The notes below the pieces were generated by a model that saw only the letters and a list, made by a program, of their open reading frames with translations, did no database searches and was not told the origin of the DNA. Shown here in pieces: positions 19,719 through 29,135 of a DNA stretch of 64,000 bases. Source of the DNA: Candidatus Nomurabacteria bacterium (GTDB lineage Bacteria; Patescibacteriota; Minisyncoccia; Phycocordibacterales; UBA9973); the NCBI GenBank assembly GCA_023267375.1, contig JAHFNJ010000003.1:28579-92578 (forward strand). The letters run 5' to 3'. The position numbers and the translations under genes were made by a program. The stretch's first letter is position 1. Every line of letters begins with the position of its first letter.

Positions 19719-20399
19719 ATGGAACACCCCCTCATCTCTGTTATTATCCCAACGTTCAATACAGGGAAATACATATCGGAAGCAATTACTTCTGTCTTTG
19801 CACAAAAGTACCCGAACATAGAAATCATTGTTGTTGATGATGGCTCGACCGACAACACCCTCGAGGTACTTAAAACATTTGGTGACACCATAAAAGTCAT
19901 TTCTCAAAAAAATACCGGACCTGCAGCTGCGCGAAACACTGGATTGCGAAACGCACGAGGCACTATTGTTGGACTCCTCGATGCTGATGATATTTGGACA
20001 GATGACTGCATCGAGAGCTTGCTCCCCTACGCGCTTAGCGATGAGTACGACTTTGCTCGCGGCATTACCAGATATTTCAAAGATGAAAATGGTACCCGTA
20101 TCTTCACCGACAAACTCTGGATAGAAGTACAAATGGGAACAGCATTATACAAAAAAACATTTCTCGACAAAGTAGGACCGTTTGATGAGACGATGCACTA
20201 CGGCGAGGATATGGATTGGAATATGCGCATGCTCGATCTAGGTGGCAGAGAAAAAAGAGTTGAGAAGATAGTGCTCTCGTACCGCAGACACGACACGAAT
20301 ATGACAAATGATAAAGAGCGCACTAAAAATGGTCTCCTTGAAGCATTTCGAAAACGAATCGATCGGAAAAAGACACAAAAACTGCATGACAAACAGTAA
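19719..20399 (+). CDS. Glycosyltransferase family 2 (short GT-A-only)
   Basis: 'ISVIIPTFNTGKYISEAITSVFAQKYPNIEIIVVDDGSTDNT…LDADDIW'. Stop overlaps start of next gene. Confidence 0.8.
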   Translation: MEHPLISVIIPTFNTGKYISEAITSVFAQKYPNIEIIVVDDGSTDNTLEVLKTFGDTIKVISQKNTGPAAARNTGLRNARGTIVGLLDADDIWTDDCIESLLPYALSDEYDFARGITRYFKDENGTRIFTDKLWIEVQMGTALYKKTFLDKVGPFDETMHYGEDMDWNMRMLDLGGREKRVEKIVLSYRRHDTNMTNDKERTKNGLLEAFRKRIDRKKTQKLHDKQ

Positions 20400-21483
20400 G
20401 AATCAAACAAAACATTTAAGCACTGACAATTACACCATCGTGCGAAAGAACTATTTTGACACAATAGTTGTTCCTGCATTGTCATCACTGCAAAAAAAGA
20501 CAGAGCCGATCATAAAAAACTACATCATCGCAGGAAAAAAAGTGCACTTAGTATTCTACTCCCCTATTCTTTCAGAGAAGATGTCGCACGCCCTCGAACA
20601 CCATAGTGGATTTTCTGGCGACCAAGGAGATCTTACGGTTCATCTCTGGGACTCAATAACAACAGAAACTAAAATGATGTCCCCATGGAGCAAGCCCGAA
20701 TACTCAGATCGGCAAACCAACGCGCAAAATACAATTGGTGATGCACATTTTTTGGGGGTCTATCTCTTCGGCGAAGAAACACTCAACCTCTACAACAAAG
20801 AAAATAAAGTGGCCTATTTTTGGACACGCGATGCAAACGTACTGCCTGATTGGATAAGTGCCGCCCCACTACGTACCCTCTTGCACTGGTTTTTATCAGA
20901 CTACAATATTCACCTTGTGCATGGCGGCGTAGTCGCAAGTGGTGGTAACGCGATACTGCTTGGCGCAAAAGGCGGATCCGGAAAATCAACAACGGCACTC
21001 TCCTCATTGCTCTCTGGTATGGACTATCTTGCTGATGATTACGTGGCAATTGAGATCGGAGAAAAAAATATCGCCTATAGCTTATACAACTCAGTGAAGA
21101 TAACTCCGAACACACTGAATGTCTTTCCGGAACTCTCTGAAAAAATATGGAACAAAGAAACCGTTGGCGGCGAATTAGATCTCGGAAAAGCTATCGTCTT
21201 TATGTCGAAATTTTTTCCAAAACAAATGGTGGAAAAATCAGAGCTGGTCGCTATATGCATTCCCACAATCAAGAATGAGACAAAAATTGTTCCCGCCAGC
21301 AAGCTTGCCACAATGCTGGCGCTCGCACCAACCATCCTTTTCCAACTGCCGCTTGCATCAAGCTCAAAGATGTCCGACTTAAAGGAAATCATCGCTACAA
21401 CCCCCTGCTATTTCCTTGAATTAGGGCCCGAGATCCGCAAGGTTCCAGAGGTACTTCAAGATTTTTTAAAGCACGCCAAATAG
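20386..21483 (+). CDS. HPr kinase/phosphorylase-related P-loop kinase (HprK-related kinase)
   Basis: 'HLVHGGVVASGGNAILLGAKGGSGKSTTALSSLLSGMDYLADDYVAI' matches HprK C-terminal Walker-A region. Start set to ATG 20386, which overlaps the upstream stop by 14 nt. Confidence 0.7.
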   Translation: MTNSKNQTKHLSTDNYTIVRKNYFDTIVVPALSSLQKKTEPIIKNYIIAGKKVHLVFYSPILSEKMSHALEHHSGFSGDQGDLTVHLWDSITTETKMMSPWSKPEYSDRQTNAQNTIGDAHFLGVYLFGEETLNLYNKENKVAYFWTRDANVLPDWISAAPLRTLLHWFLSDYNIHLVHGGVVASGGNAILLGAKGGSGKSTTALSSLLSGMDYLADDYVAIEIGEKNIAYSLYNSVKITPNTLNVFPELSEKIWNKETVGGELDLGKAIVFMSKFFPKQMVEKSELVAICIPTIKNETKIVPASKLATMLALAPTILFQLPLASSSKMSDLKEIIATTPCYFLELGPEIRKVPEVLQDFLKHAK

Positions 21484-21489
21484 CATATA

Positions 21490-22206
21490 ATGGCAGGTAT
21501 GGAACAAAACCCCCTCGTGAGCGTTGTTATGCCTGTCTACAATGCCGAAAAGTACGTTGATGCGGCACTTCAAAGCGTTTTTGGCCAAACCTACAAGAAT
21601 CTTGAAGTAATTTGCGTCTACGATAAATCAACCGACAAGTCACTCGACAGGCTAAAATCTTATGGAGATAAAATCCATCTTAGAGAGAACGGCGAGAAAC
21701 TTGGCATCGGCGGAGCACGCAATAATGGCATCGAAATTGCACAGGGGGCATTTCTCGCGTTCATGGATGCCGACGATATTTGGGAGCCACAAAAAATCGA
21801 ACGGCAAATTGAACAGTTTATAAAAGACCCGACACTGGATGTCAGTTTCACCTACATGCAATGTTTCTTAAGCGAAGATATCCCTGAAGAGGTAAAAAAA
21901 ATTCGCTACTGTAACCCTGATCCAATGCCGGGATACCTCGCTGCTGCCGCAGTTGTAAAGACCACCTCATTTCACAAAGTTGGATTATTCAATCCAAAAT
22001 GGAGGGTTGGCGAGTTTGTTGATTGGTCAAAGCGAGCAAAGGAACTACATCTCAAAATGGATATCATACCAGAAACACTACTACGACGAAGAATCCACGA
22101 AACAAATACCGGCGTCACTGAACGTCCATCGAGGAATGATTACATCACGATTATGCGAGAATCTTTGCAGCGAAAAAAGAACAAGGATAAAGAACATGAC
22201 TCCTAA
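21490..22206 (+). CDS. Glycosyltransferase family 2 (short GT-A-only), paralog of 19719..20399
   Basis: 'VSVVMPVYNAEKYVDAALQSVFGQTYKNLEVICVYDKSTDKS…MDADDIW'. Confidence 0.8.
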   Translation: MAGMEQNPLVSVVMPVYNAEKYVDAALQSVFGQTYKNLEVICVYDKSTDKSLDRLKSYGDKIHLRENGEKLGIGGARNNGIEIAQGAFLAFMDADDIWEPQKIERQIEQFIKDPTLDVSFTYMQCFLSEDIPEEVKKIRYCNPDPMPGYLAAAAVVKTTSFHKVGLFNPKWRVGEFVDWSKRAKELHLKMDIIPETLLRRRIHETNTGVTERPSRNDYITIMRESLQRKKNKDKEHDS

Positions 22207-24595
22207 ACTACCATTCCCAAAAAGTTTCCCGACGAAAGAAGAAACCAAGTTTCTACAGATGCTCTTGTCGAACGATTCAGATTTTCCAAAACTCTGGAAG
22301 GAATGGAAGGACACTGTTGTTTGGGAAGAGCTCGATCCGGCCACTTCTCGATTGCTCCCACTCGCCTATTTGCGAATTAAGAAACTCAATATTACTGATG
22401 AAATTACTGCTCGCGTAAAAGGAATCTACAAATCCGCGTGGGTAAAAAATCAGCGGCTCCTGCATGTAGTAAAACAAGTGGCAGAAACCTGTGACAAAGA
22501 ACACATCCCACTCATGCTCTTGAAGGGCATGCCGCTCATCCTTGAAGTCTATCGCGATCCTGGTGCACGTTTTTTGGGCGATGCAGATATTTTGATTCCA
22601 CCAGAACATGGACCACGCATCATACAGCTATTGAAAAAGAGTGGCTGGAGCTATGCTCATCCATGGGTCGCCGACAATCACAACCCAGTACCGAGCGTCT
22701 TCACAGTAATTAAATCAACAGAACTTGTTGATCACATGGGAGTCGAAATGGACGTCCATTGGAATATTTTTGCGGCCAATCACGGCGTCACGCTTCCGCG
22801 CGTTTTTCTGTTGGGCAAGATGCCTACGTTTGCGTTCCGAGAATACTTCTGGAAACACACTATTCCGATGACGGTAGATGGTGTTCCCTGCAAGCGGCTA
22901 TCCAACGAAGACATGCTCATTCATATCATCGTGCACGGAGCCGAAGGTAACACCCACCGCGCACTCCGCTGGGTTACTGATGCGATAACAACGATCAACA
23001 CACTCCCTATCGACTGGGAGGTAGTTATCAAACACGCCGAGCAATTCGGGTTTGCGATAGAACTCAAATTGGGCTTTGCCTACATCACAAAACATTTTGA
23101 TACTCCGATTCCCGATTCATTCATGCAACAACTTTCCCTGCTCCCCATTACAAAAGCAAAGCTACAAAAATATTACAAAATTGCAAATACCGAACACTCG
23201 AGGCGCATCAACATCCTCGGAAATATTCCCCTGCTCTGGTATGCCTATTTTAAATTCGAACCAGGTGTCTCATTCCCAAAAAATATCTTTGGATTCTTTA
23301 CCTACCTTCGTAAATCGTGGGGGCTTGAAAGCTATCGGAAGGTCGTTGCCTTTGCGATACATCACTACAAACGAAAATTGGAAACAAAAGATCCGACATT
23401 ACTCGATGGCACAAAAAAAGCGTTCTTCGATAGCGCCTATATCATTTCGGGTAAAGCAGTGTCGTTCATGGCGTCATTTGCCGTTATTACCGTATTAAGT
23501 AGAGCACTCCCGCGCGAGACTGCCGGCTCATACAACTACATAATCGCCACACTTGCCATTGTGAGCATTACCACACTCCCCGGAATGAATAATGCTTTGA
23601 CGAGAGCGATCGCAAAAGGCAATCACGGCAGCCTCCCGCATATGCTCCGAAAACGCCTTACATGGGGAATACTCGGTTCCGTTATCGCACTCATTATCGG
23701 CGTAATCTCATGGGCACAAGGAAATACTGCTGTTGGCATTGCCTTTCTCGTTGCAGCGCCGTTTGTCCCCCTGACTGACACGTTCAGCACATTTGCACTC
23801 AATTACTGGCAAGGTAAAAAACGTTTTGATAAAAGTGCGCTTATGGGAGCACTGTACTATGTCTTGCTCGCCCTCCTCTCACTTCCTGTTATTATCTTTT
23901 CACACAACCTGATTATCATCGTCCTGGGTGTCATGATCGCCCAAACGGCCTCAGGATTGCTCATCTACAGAAGCATCAAAAAAGAATCGGGAGAACGAGA
24001 TCATGCGTCTGAAAAACTAGGAATACACCTTACCTTCATCCAGGCATTGCATACCATCGCAGCACAAGCAGACAAAATTATCATCTGGCATTTATTCGGC
24101 GCATCGTTCACTGCGATATATACATTTGCTTCAACTCCGGTTTCAAAAGCAAACCAAATGATTCCGATTGGCATTATCTCACTCCCCCATTTAAGCCAGC
24201 AAGAGTTTACTCCACCACTGAAACGTCAGATGCTCAAAAAAACCTTCGCACTCTTTTTGGTTTCGTTTCCCCTGACACTTGCCGTCATCCTTCTAGCACC
24301 ATTTTTATATAAAATCTTCTTCCCTTCATATCCAGAATCAATCAGATATTTTCAATTCTTAATGATGCCGGTCGCGCTCGCTCCGATGGCAATATTGAAA
24401 TCATCATTTACTGCATTCAATAAAACAAGAGAACTCTACCTGAGCGAGACGAGCGGAACGATTATACGGATACTGTTGATGCTTATCTTTGCTCTCTTCT
24501 TCGGACTATTCGGTATTGTCATAGGTATTCTCATTTCCGCCGTCATCGATTTATGCATAACACTACTACTTTTCACGCGCGCAAAAACAGTCTAG
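22196..24595 (+). CDS. Fusion protein: N-terminal NTP_transf_5-type nucleotidyltransferase plus C-terminal polysaccharide flippase (MOP/Wzx-like)
   Basis: N-terminal 'LLKGMPLILEVYRDPGARFLGDADILIPPEHGP' (PF14907-like); C-terminal half has ~12 predicted TM helices typical of Wzx/PST exporters. Start set to ATG 22196, which overlaps the upstream stop by 11 nt. Confidence 0.65.
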   Translation: MTPKLPFPKSFPTKEETKFLQMLLSNDSDFPKLWKEWKDTVVWEELDPATSRLLPLAYLRIKKLNITDEITARVKGIYKSAWVKNQRLLHVVKQVAETCDKEHIPLMLLKGMPLILEVYRDPGARFLGDADILIPPEHGPRIIQLLKKSGWSYAHPWVADNHNPVPSVFTVIKSTELVDHMGVEMDVHWNIFAANHGVTLPRVFLLGKMPTFAFREYFWKHTIPMTVDGVPCKRLSNEDMLIHIIVHGAEGNTHRALRWVTDAITTINTLPIDWEVVIKHAEQFGFAIELKLGFAYITKHFDTPIPDSFMQQLSLLPITKAKLQKYYKIANTEHSRRINILGNIPLLWYAYFKFEPGVSFPKNIFGFFTYLRKSWGLESYRKVVAFAIHHYKRKLETKDPTLLDGTKKAFFDSAYIISGKAVSFMASFAVITVLSRALPRETAGSYNYIIATLAIVSITTLPGMNNALTRAIAKGNHGSLPHMLRKRLTWGILGSVIALIIGVISWAQGNTAVGIAFLVAAPFVPLTDTFSTFALNYWQGKKRFDKSALMGALYYVLLALLSLPVIIFSHNLIIIVLGVMIAQTASGLLIYRSIKKESGERDHASEKLGIHLTFIQALHTIAAQADKIIIWHLFGASFTAIYTFASTPVSKANQMIPIGIISLPHLSQQEFTPPLKRQMLKKTFALFLVSFPLTLAVILLAPFLYKIFFPSYPESIRYFQFLMMPVALAPMAILKSSFTAFNKTRELYLSETSGTIIRILLMLIFALFFGLFGIVIGILISAVIDLCITLLLFTRAKTV

Positions 24596-24601
24596 TACTT
24601 T

Positions 24602-25039
24602 ATGAAAACACCCAAGAAAAAACAAAAAATAGTCGGCTTCACCTGTGGCGCATTTGACCTCACGCACGCTGGGCACTACCTCATGTTTAAGGAATGTAAA
24701 CGTCAGTGCGATACGCTCATTGTTGGATTACAAATAGATCCTTCGGTTGATCGTCCGAATAAAAACAAACCAATACAAAGCTTGAAAGAACGTAAAATAC
24801 AGCTCGCTGCGTGTAAGTACATTGATACGATTGTGACCTACAAAACAGAGAAAGGACTCCTCGCTCTTCTTAAAAAAATAAATCCAGACATTCGCTTTAT
24901 GGGGGCTGACTGGAAAGGAAAAGAAAATTACTCAAGAGACAGGCTCCCTGACATGAAAGTCATCTATAACAGTCGCAAACACACCTACTCATCAACAAAT
25001 CTGCGAAAACGCATCGTCGCAGCAGAGAAGAAAAACTAG
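24602..25039 (+). CDS. Cytidylyl/adenylyltransferase-like nucleotidyltransferase (TagD / HldE-domain-II family)
   Basis: 145 aa; 'VGFTCGAFDLTHAGHYLMFKECKRQCDTLIVGL' is the (H/T)xGH nucleotidyltransferase motif. Confidence 0.7.
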   Translation: MKTPKKKQKIVGFTCGAFDLTHAGHYLMFKECKRQCDTLIVGLQIDPSVDRPNKNKPIQSLKERKIQLAACKYIDTIVTYKTEKGLLALLKKINPDIRFMGADWKGKENYSRDRLPDMKVIYNSRKHTYSSTNLRKRIVAAEKKN

Positions 25040-26061
25040 CGCTCCTGATTCTTTTTGAGCTCCCATCCCCAAGCAGTTTTTACAATGTCTGCCAAAGAAT
25101 ACTTCGGCACCCACTGCAGTAGAGAAGCCGCTTTACTCGCGTCAGCGTATGCGATTGGCATGTCCCCCGCTCTTCGTGCTCCAACCTCGTAGGGAACCTT
25201 TATATTATTTTCTGTTTCAAATGCACTGATTATTTCCTTAACCGAAATACCCTTTCCTGTTCCAATATTAAAAACATCATAGAATGAAGAAGTTGCAGCA
25301 TCAAGATGCTCAAGTGCGGAAACATGCGCCTTCGCCACATCGGCAACATGGAGATAGTCTCGCACACAGGTGCCATCTGGGGTTGCATAATCGTCACCAA
25401 AAACAGTAAACGGTTTTCCAGTCTTCACCGCATCCGTGACCACCGAAACAAGATTTTCTGGCGCCTTATCTGTATTTTCCCCAAGCAAACCTGATGGATG
25501 TGCTCCTGCTGGATTGAAGTATCGCAAAGTGATTGCCTTACAACCCTCTGTATTTTTTACGTAGTCTTCAAGAAGCTGTTCGCCGAGTAATTTTGTCATA
25601 CCATAGGGAGTTCCAGGTTTTATCGGACTTATTTCGGCATACGGAGGCACCGTTTCAGGATCATAGACCGCACACGTTGAAGAAAATATAAAATGAGAAG
25701 TCTTACATAGTTTAGAAATAAGAAGCGCTCCTAGTAATCCATCAACATTATTTTGGTAATATGCCAGCGGGTTTTTTAAAGAATCTGGAACTGACTTAAA
25801 CGCCGCGAGATGGATAATTGCATCAAATGTCTTCCCCTGAAACACCTCTTCGAGTTTTTTGTAATCACACAAATCGATCTCAATATTTTCAATCCTCTTG
25901 CCAGTTATTGTTTCAATTCGCTCAAAAACCAACGGGTTAGAATTTGAAAAATTATCAATCGAAACAACATCGTACCCTGCAGCAACAAGCTCCACGATTG
26001 TATGGCTTCCAATGTACCCCGCCCCGCCAGTGACGAGAATTTTTTTACGAGTGTTTATCAT
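25036..26061 (-). CDS. galE: UDP-glucose 4-epimerase
   Basis: 341 aa; 'KILVTGGAGYIGSHTIVELVAAGYDVVSIDNFSNS', YxxxK, full-length SDR extended family. Confidence 0.85.
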   Translation of the reverse strand: MINTRKKILVTGGAGYIGSHTIVELVAAGYDVVSIDNFSNSNPLVFERIETITGKRIENIEIDLCDYKKLEEVFQGKTFDAIIHLAAFKSVPDSLKNPLAYYQNNVDGLLGALLISKLCKTSHFIFSSTCAVYDPETVPPYAEISPIKPGTPYGMTKLLGEQLLEDYVKNTEGCKAITLRYFNPAGAHPSGLLGENTDKAPENLVSVVTDAVKTGKPFTVFGDDYATPDGTCVRDYLHVADVAKAHVSALEHLDAATSSFYDVFNIGTGKGISVKEIISAFETENNIKVPYEVGARRAGDMPIAYADASKAASLLQWVPKYSLADIVKTAWGWELKKNQER

Positions 26062-26095
26062 ATATTCTTATAAAAACAACTATATACTAGTCTCC

Positions 26096-26131
26096 ATAAA
26101 AACAAAACAGGTGCTACACATGCAGCACCTG
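26096..26131 (-). terminator. Terminator hairpin downstream of 26151..27044
   Basis: aggtgctacacatgcagcacct followed by a T-run on the minus strand. Confidence 0.5.
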
Positions 26132-26150
26132 CTTCTCTTCAAAAAATGAT

Positions 26151-27044
26151 TTAATAAAACTCGGTTACAACGACAACCCCAGAGCTACCGTTACCACCAC
26201 TTTTTATCGCACCATTACAATTGCCACCACTACCACCAGAGCCAAAATTAGAAGCTGGTAAACCATTAGCAGCAACAGCAATAGATCGTGATGGAGCACC
26301 ACCACCAAAGAAGGAAGAACCTCCACAATAAGTTGGTTCAGCTGAACCAACGGCTCCACCACTACTTTGCCCGCTGATATTTAAATCACCACCAACACCG
26401 ATACCTCCCTGAGATCCATCAGAATTTTTAACAGCAGCAGTCTGCCCAACTCCTCCTTTTCCACCAGTAGCAGAGCAATGAGCACCGAATGAAGAAGTTC
26501 CCCCATCACCGCCAGCTGTTATTGGAGCTCCTCCAGTACCACCGATCCCAACTGAAACAGTTTCAGTCGCGCTAAGTGAACTAGCAGCAATAATTTTTCG
26601 GGAATAACCAGCACCGGCTCCAGCGCCACCACCATATGACTGACATCCGCCGCCGCCTCCGCCTCCGCCAACCAATTCGACGAGTATATACTTAACACCA
26701 ACAGGTTTTGTCCATAGTGTATCTGCTGTATAAACATGGATAGTTGGAACTTGGGTCGCACTAACCGTCCCACACATGGTCAGCCAGACTGATCCGGTGT
26801 AATAGTTAAGACAGTTTTCATCGAGATTATAGATAATGAGTCCTTGGGACAATTTCGGAAAGGCATTCCGTTGGGCCGTCGTAACACGAGGGGCAAGAAA
26901 CCCCTTGTCGATCGCCGAAGCATCGAGTATTGCAGAACTATCTGGTTTTGCTCCAGTAGCATTAACACTGACACCTTGAGCATATACGGGAACCGTATAC
27001 AACGAGCAATACAATAAGAAAGAAAGTACAATAATCTTTTTCAT
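26151..27044 (-). CDS. Secreted glycine-rich repeat protein
   Basis: 297 aa; signal peptide; N-terminal 'KGFLAPRVTTAQRNAFP…GLIIYNLDENCLNYYTGSVW'; long Gly-rich C-terminal region including GGGGGGGG. Confidence 0.6.
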   Translation of the reverse strand: MKKIIVLSFLLYCSLYTVPVYAQGVSVNATGAKPDSSAILDASAIDKGFLAPRVTTAQRNAFPKLSQGLIIYNLDENCLNYYTGSVWLTMCGTVSATQVPTIHVYTADTLWTKPVGVKYILVELVGGGGGGGGCQSYGGGAGAGAGYSRKIIAASSLSATETVSVGIGGTGGAPITAGGDGGTSSFGAHCSATGGKGGVGQTAAVKNSDGSQGGIGVGGDLNISGQSSGGAVGSAEPTYCGGSSFFGGGAPSRSIAVAANGLPASNFGSGGSGGNCNGAIKSGGNGSSGVVVVTEFY

Positions 27045-27155
27045 GACATTATTTTGTTTTGAAAGTTAAAACTATTTTTACTCTATAATACCACCAGCAA
27101 CAAAGAACCTCAAAACCACTTGGTGGTTATGATAGAATTTCCTTTTATATAAAAA

Positions 27156-29060
27156 CTACTGAGATCCAGTTATTCTCTTAAACTCCGCGAGATACGCACT
27201 TGATGCGGAGATATTCGGATTCAACTCATACGCTTTCGTAAAATACTCTTTCGCTTTTTCGAATTCCCTCGTATAGGTAAAGAGCTGTCCATAAATCCAG
27301 TAACCACGCGGATCAGCCGGGGCAAGCGCCACTGCTCTGTCGGTATAAGATAACGCACGAGCAATAGTCTCTTCTGAGTAGTCACCACTTATTGAAATAT
27401 CTGCATTCATGAGATTTGCGCATGCAAGCCAGAGACGATGATTGTAGGTGGCAGTATCAGCAACCAAATCAACTTGCTGCAAGAGTTCGAGCGTCTGCTC
27501 GTGAACACGCGAAGCTTTCACAGGGTCAGTCTGTAATTCTTTCATTTTCGATTTTACGTCTTTGTATTTAAAGTCAACAATATAGCCGACATCACTGCCA
27601 TTCCCCATTGAAGATATGGCAGTGAGGGTACTTGGATCATTCCCTAGAACACCAAGCATCTTTCTTGCTTTGTGTGCCGGCTGGTGGACAAAAAAGATAT
27701 AGGCAGGAATGAGGATAATAAAACAAGCGCTGGCAATAAAGGTGCTCTGCTCTCGTAAATCACGAGGTAGCTTCTTTGGGTCGAGCACCACAGGCAACTG
27801 TCCAGCCAGCACGCCATAGAAGGCAAAGAGGGCAACATACGTCGTCGGGGTATCGAACACCACCATATCTTGCAAAAAATAAGCGAAAAACATTCCGACA
27901 AAGAGAGAGAGTTCCCCTTTCGAGAATCTGTCTTTTTTAAAGAGTAGATATGGCAGGTATAAAAATAGCGAAAGAAACAAAAGATACAGAAGACCTCCGG
28001 GAACACCCCCCGCAACAAAAAATTCAAGGACGACATTGTGTGGGCGATCAATGTCTGGTTCATTAGTAATTCCAGGCTCAAGGATTTTTGGGTCAAAATA
28101 TTTGGAAAAGACAATATTAAAATTATCGAGCCCCCAACCAAAAAGCGGTCGTTCTTGTATCCCTTGATAAGCCGTATGCCAAAAAATGAGGCGTCCACCA
28201 TGTACGGCAGTGCTGAATTTTTGATGCAGGCGTGAACTTGGAATCAAAACAAGGATTCCCAAAACGAGAACACTGATGATACTTATAGCAATGAGTGAGA
28301 AGCCAATAATTTTCTTTTTCTTATTTAGACTTAACGCAAGCCATAAGAAGCAAGCAAAAATACTTCCAATAAATACTGAAGCGGCGGCGGCCCGTGCGCC
28401 AATCATAAAAAGTACACTCACAAAAAGAATGCTGCCAAGCAGATACCATAGTTTCGTGCGCCAGTATTGAGCACTGAAGAAAAGAATACTGCCGGCAAAA
28501 AAAGCAAACACGAGGTATGCACCAGTATATGAAGAATTGCCCGTGAGGCCTCCTCGTCGAGCTGCTTGGCCTAAAACCTCTGGAAAGAATGTCGACAAAG
28601 CAAGAACAACTCCAGACAGAAAGAACGCGGTAAGTACTTTTTTAAGAAAACCAACTCCTTCTTTCCTTGCAAGCGAAGCAACCATGAGTCCAAAGAAAAA
28701 ACAGTGATATAAAAAGATAAGTCCGGTACCACGCAAAAACGATGACCAGAAAGCTGTATTAGGATTTTGAGAAAAAGCTGCACTTACTGAAAGCCATACC
28801 AAAAGAAGTAATGGTACCGTAAACACGAGAAGCTGCTTTTTCGAGAGCCGATAGCGATTATTAACGGCAAGCAGATAGACCCAAAACACGAGCATCGCTT
28901 CCACAAGCCCCATAAAGAAAAAGCTTTTTGAAGTTGTGAACGGAAATAGTCGATGTGGGATGACAATCAACGGTACCGCAAAAATCCCAAGAAGTGCCAA
29001 GAAGGCAAAGATATCTTCCATAAACCCCCCGCGACTGCTGTATCTACTGTTCTGTGGCAT
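27156..29060 (-). CDS. O-antigen-ligase-like polytopic membrane protein with C-terminal TPR repeats
   Basis: 634 aa; ~12 TM helices with Wzy_C-like loop region; C-terminal TPR-like 'KAKEYFTKAYELNPNISASSAYLAEF'. Confidence 0.6.
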   Translation of the reverse strand: MPQNSRYSSRGGFMEDIFAFLALLGIFAVPLIVIPHRLFPFTTSKSFFFMGLVEAMLVFWVYLLAVNNRYRLSKKQLLVFTVPLLLLVWLSVSAAFSQNPNTAFWSSFLRGTGLIFLYHCFFFGLMVASLARKEGVGFLKKVLTAFFLSGVVLALSTFFPEVLGQAARRGGLTGNSSYTGAYLVFAFFAGSILFFSAQYWRTKLWYLLGSILFVSVLFMIGARAAAASVFIGSIFACFLWLALSLNKKKKIIGFSLIAISIISVLVLGILVLIPSSRLHQKFSTAVHGGRLIFWHTAYQGIQERPLFGWGLDNFNIVFSKYFDPKILEPGITNEPDIDRPHNVVLEFFVAGGVPGGLLYLLFLSLFLYLPYLLFKKDRFSKGELSLFVGMFFAYFLQDMVVFDTPTTYVALFAFYGVLAGQLPVVLDPKKLPRDLREQSTFIASACFIILIPAYIFFVHQPAHKARKMLGVLGNDPSTLTAISSMGNGSDVGYIVDFKYKDVKSKMKELQTDPVKASRVHEQTLELLQQVDLVADTATYNHRLWLACANLMNADISISGDYSEETIARALSYTDRAVALAPADPRGYWIYGQLFTYTREFEKAKEYFTKAYELNPNISASSAYLAEFKRITGSQ

Positions 29061-29092
29061 ACGCTGATTCTAACAGACTTGGCTAGAAAACA

Positions 29093-29118
29093 AAAAACCA
29101 CCCGAAGGTGGTTTTTTG
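29093..29118 (-). terminator. Terminator hairpin downstream of 29136..31148
   Basis: aaaaaaccacccgaaggtggtttttt. Confidence 0.65.
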
Positions 29119-29135
29119 TTAAACTAGCGAACTAG

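Noticed and set aside
20308-20385. Upstream extension of the HprK-like ORF (MIKSALKMVSL…)
   Set aside because: It overlaps the preceding GT2 gene by 90 nt. The internal ATG at 20386, which overlaps the GT2 stop, gives the usual coupled arrangement.
21980-22195. Upstream extension of the 871-aa ORF
   Set aside because: It overlaps GT2 gene 21490..22206 by more than 200 nt. The start is placed at ATG 22196.
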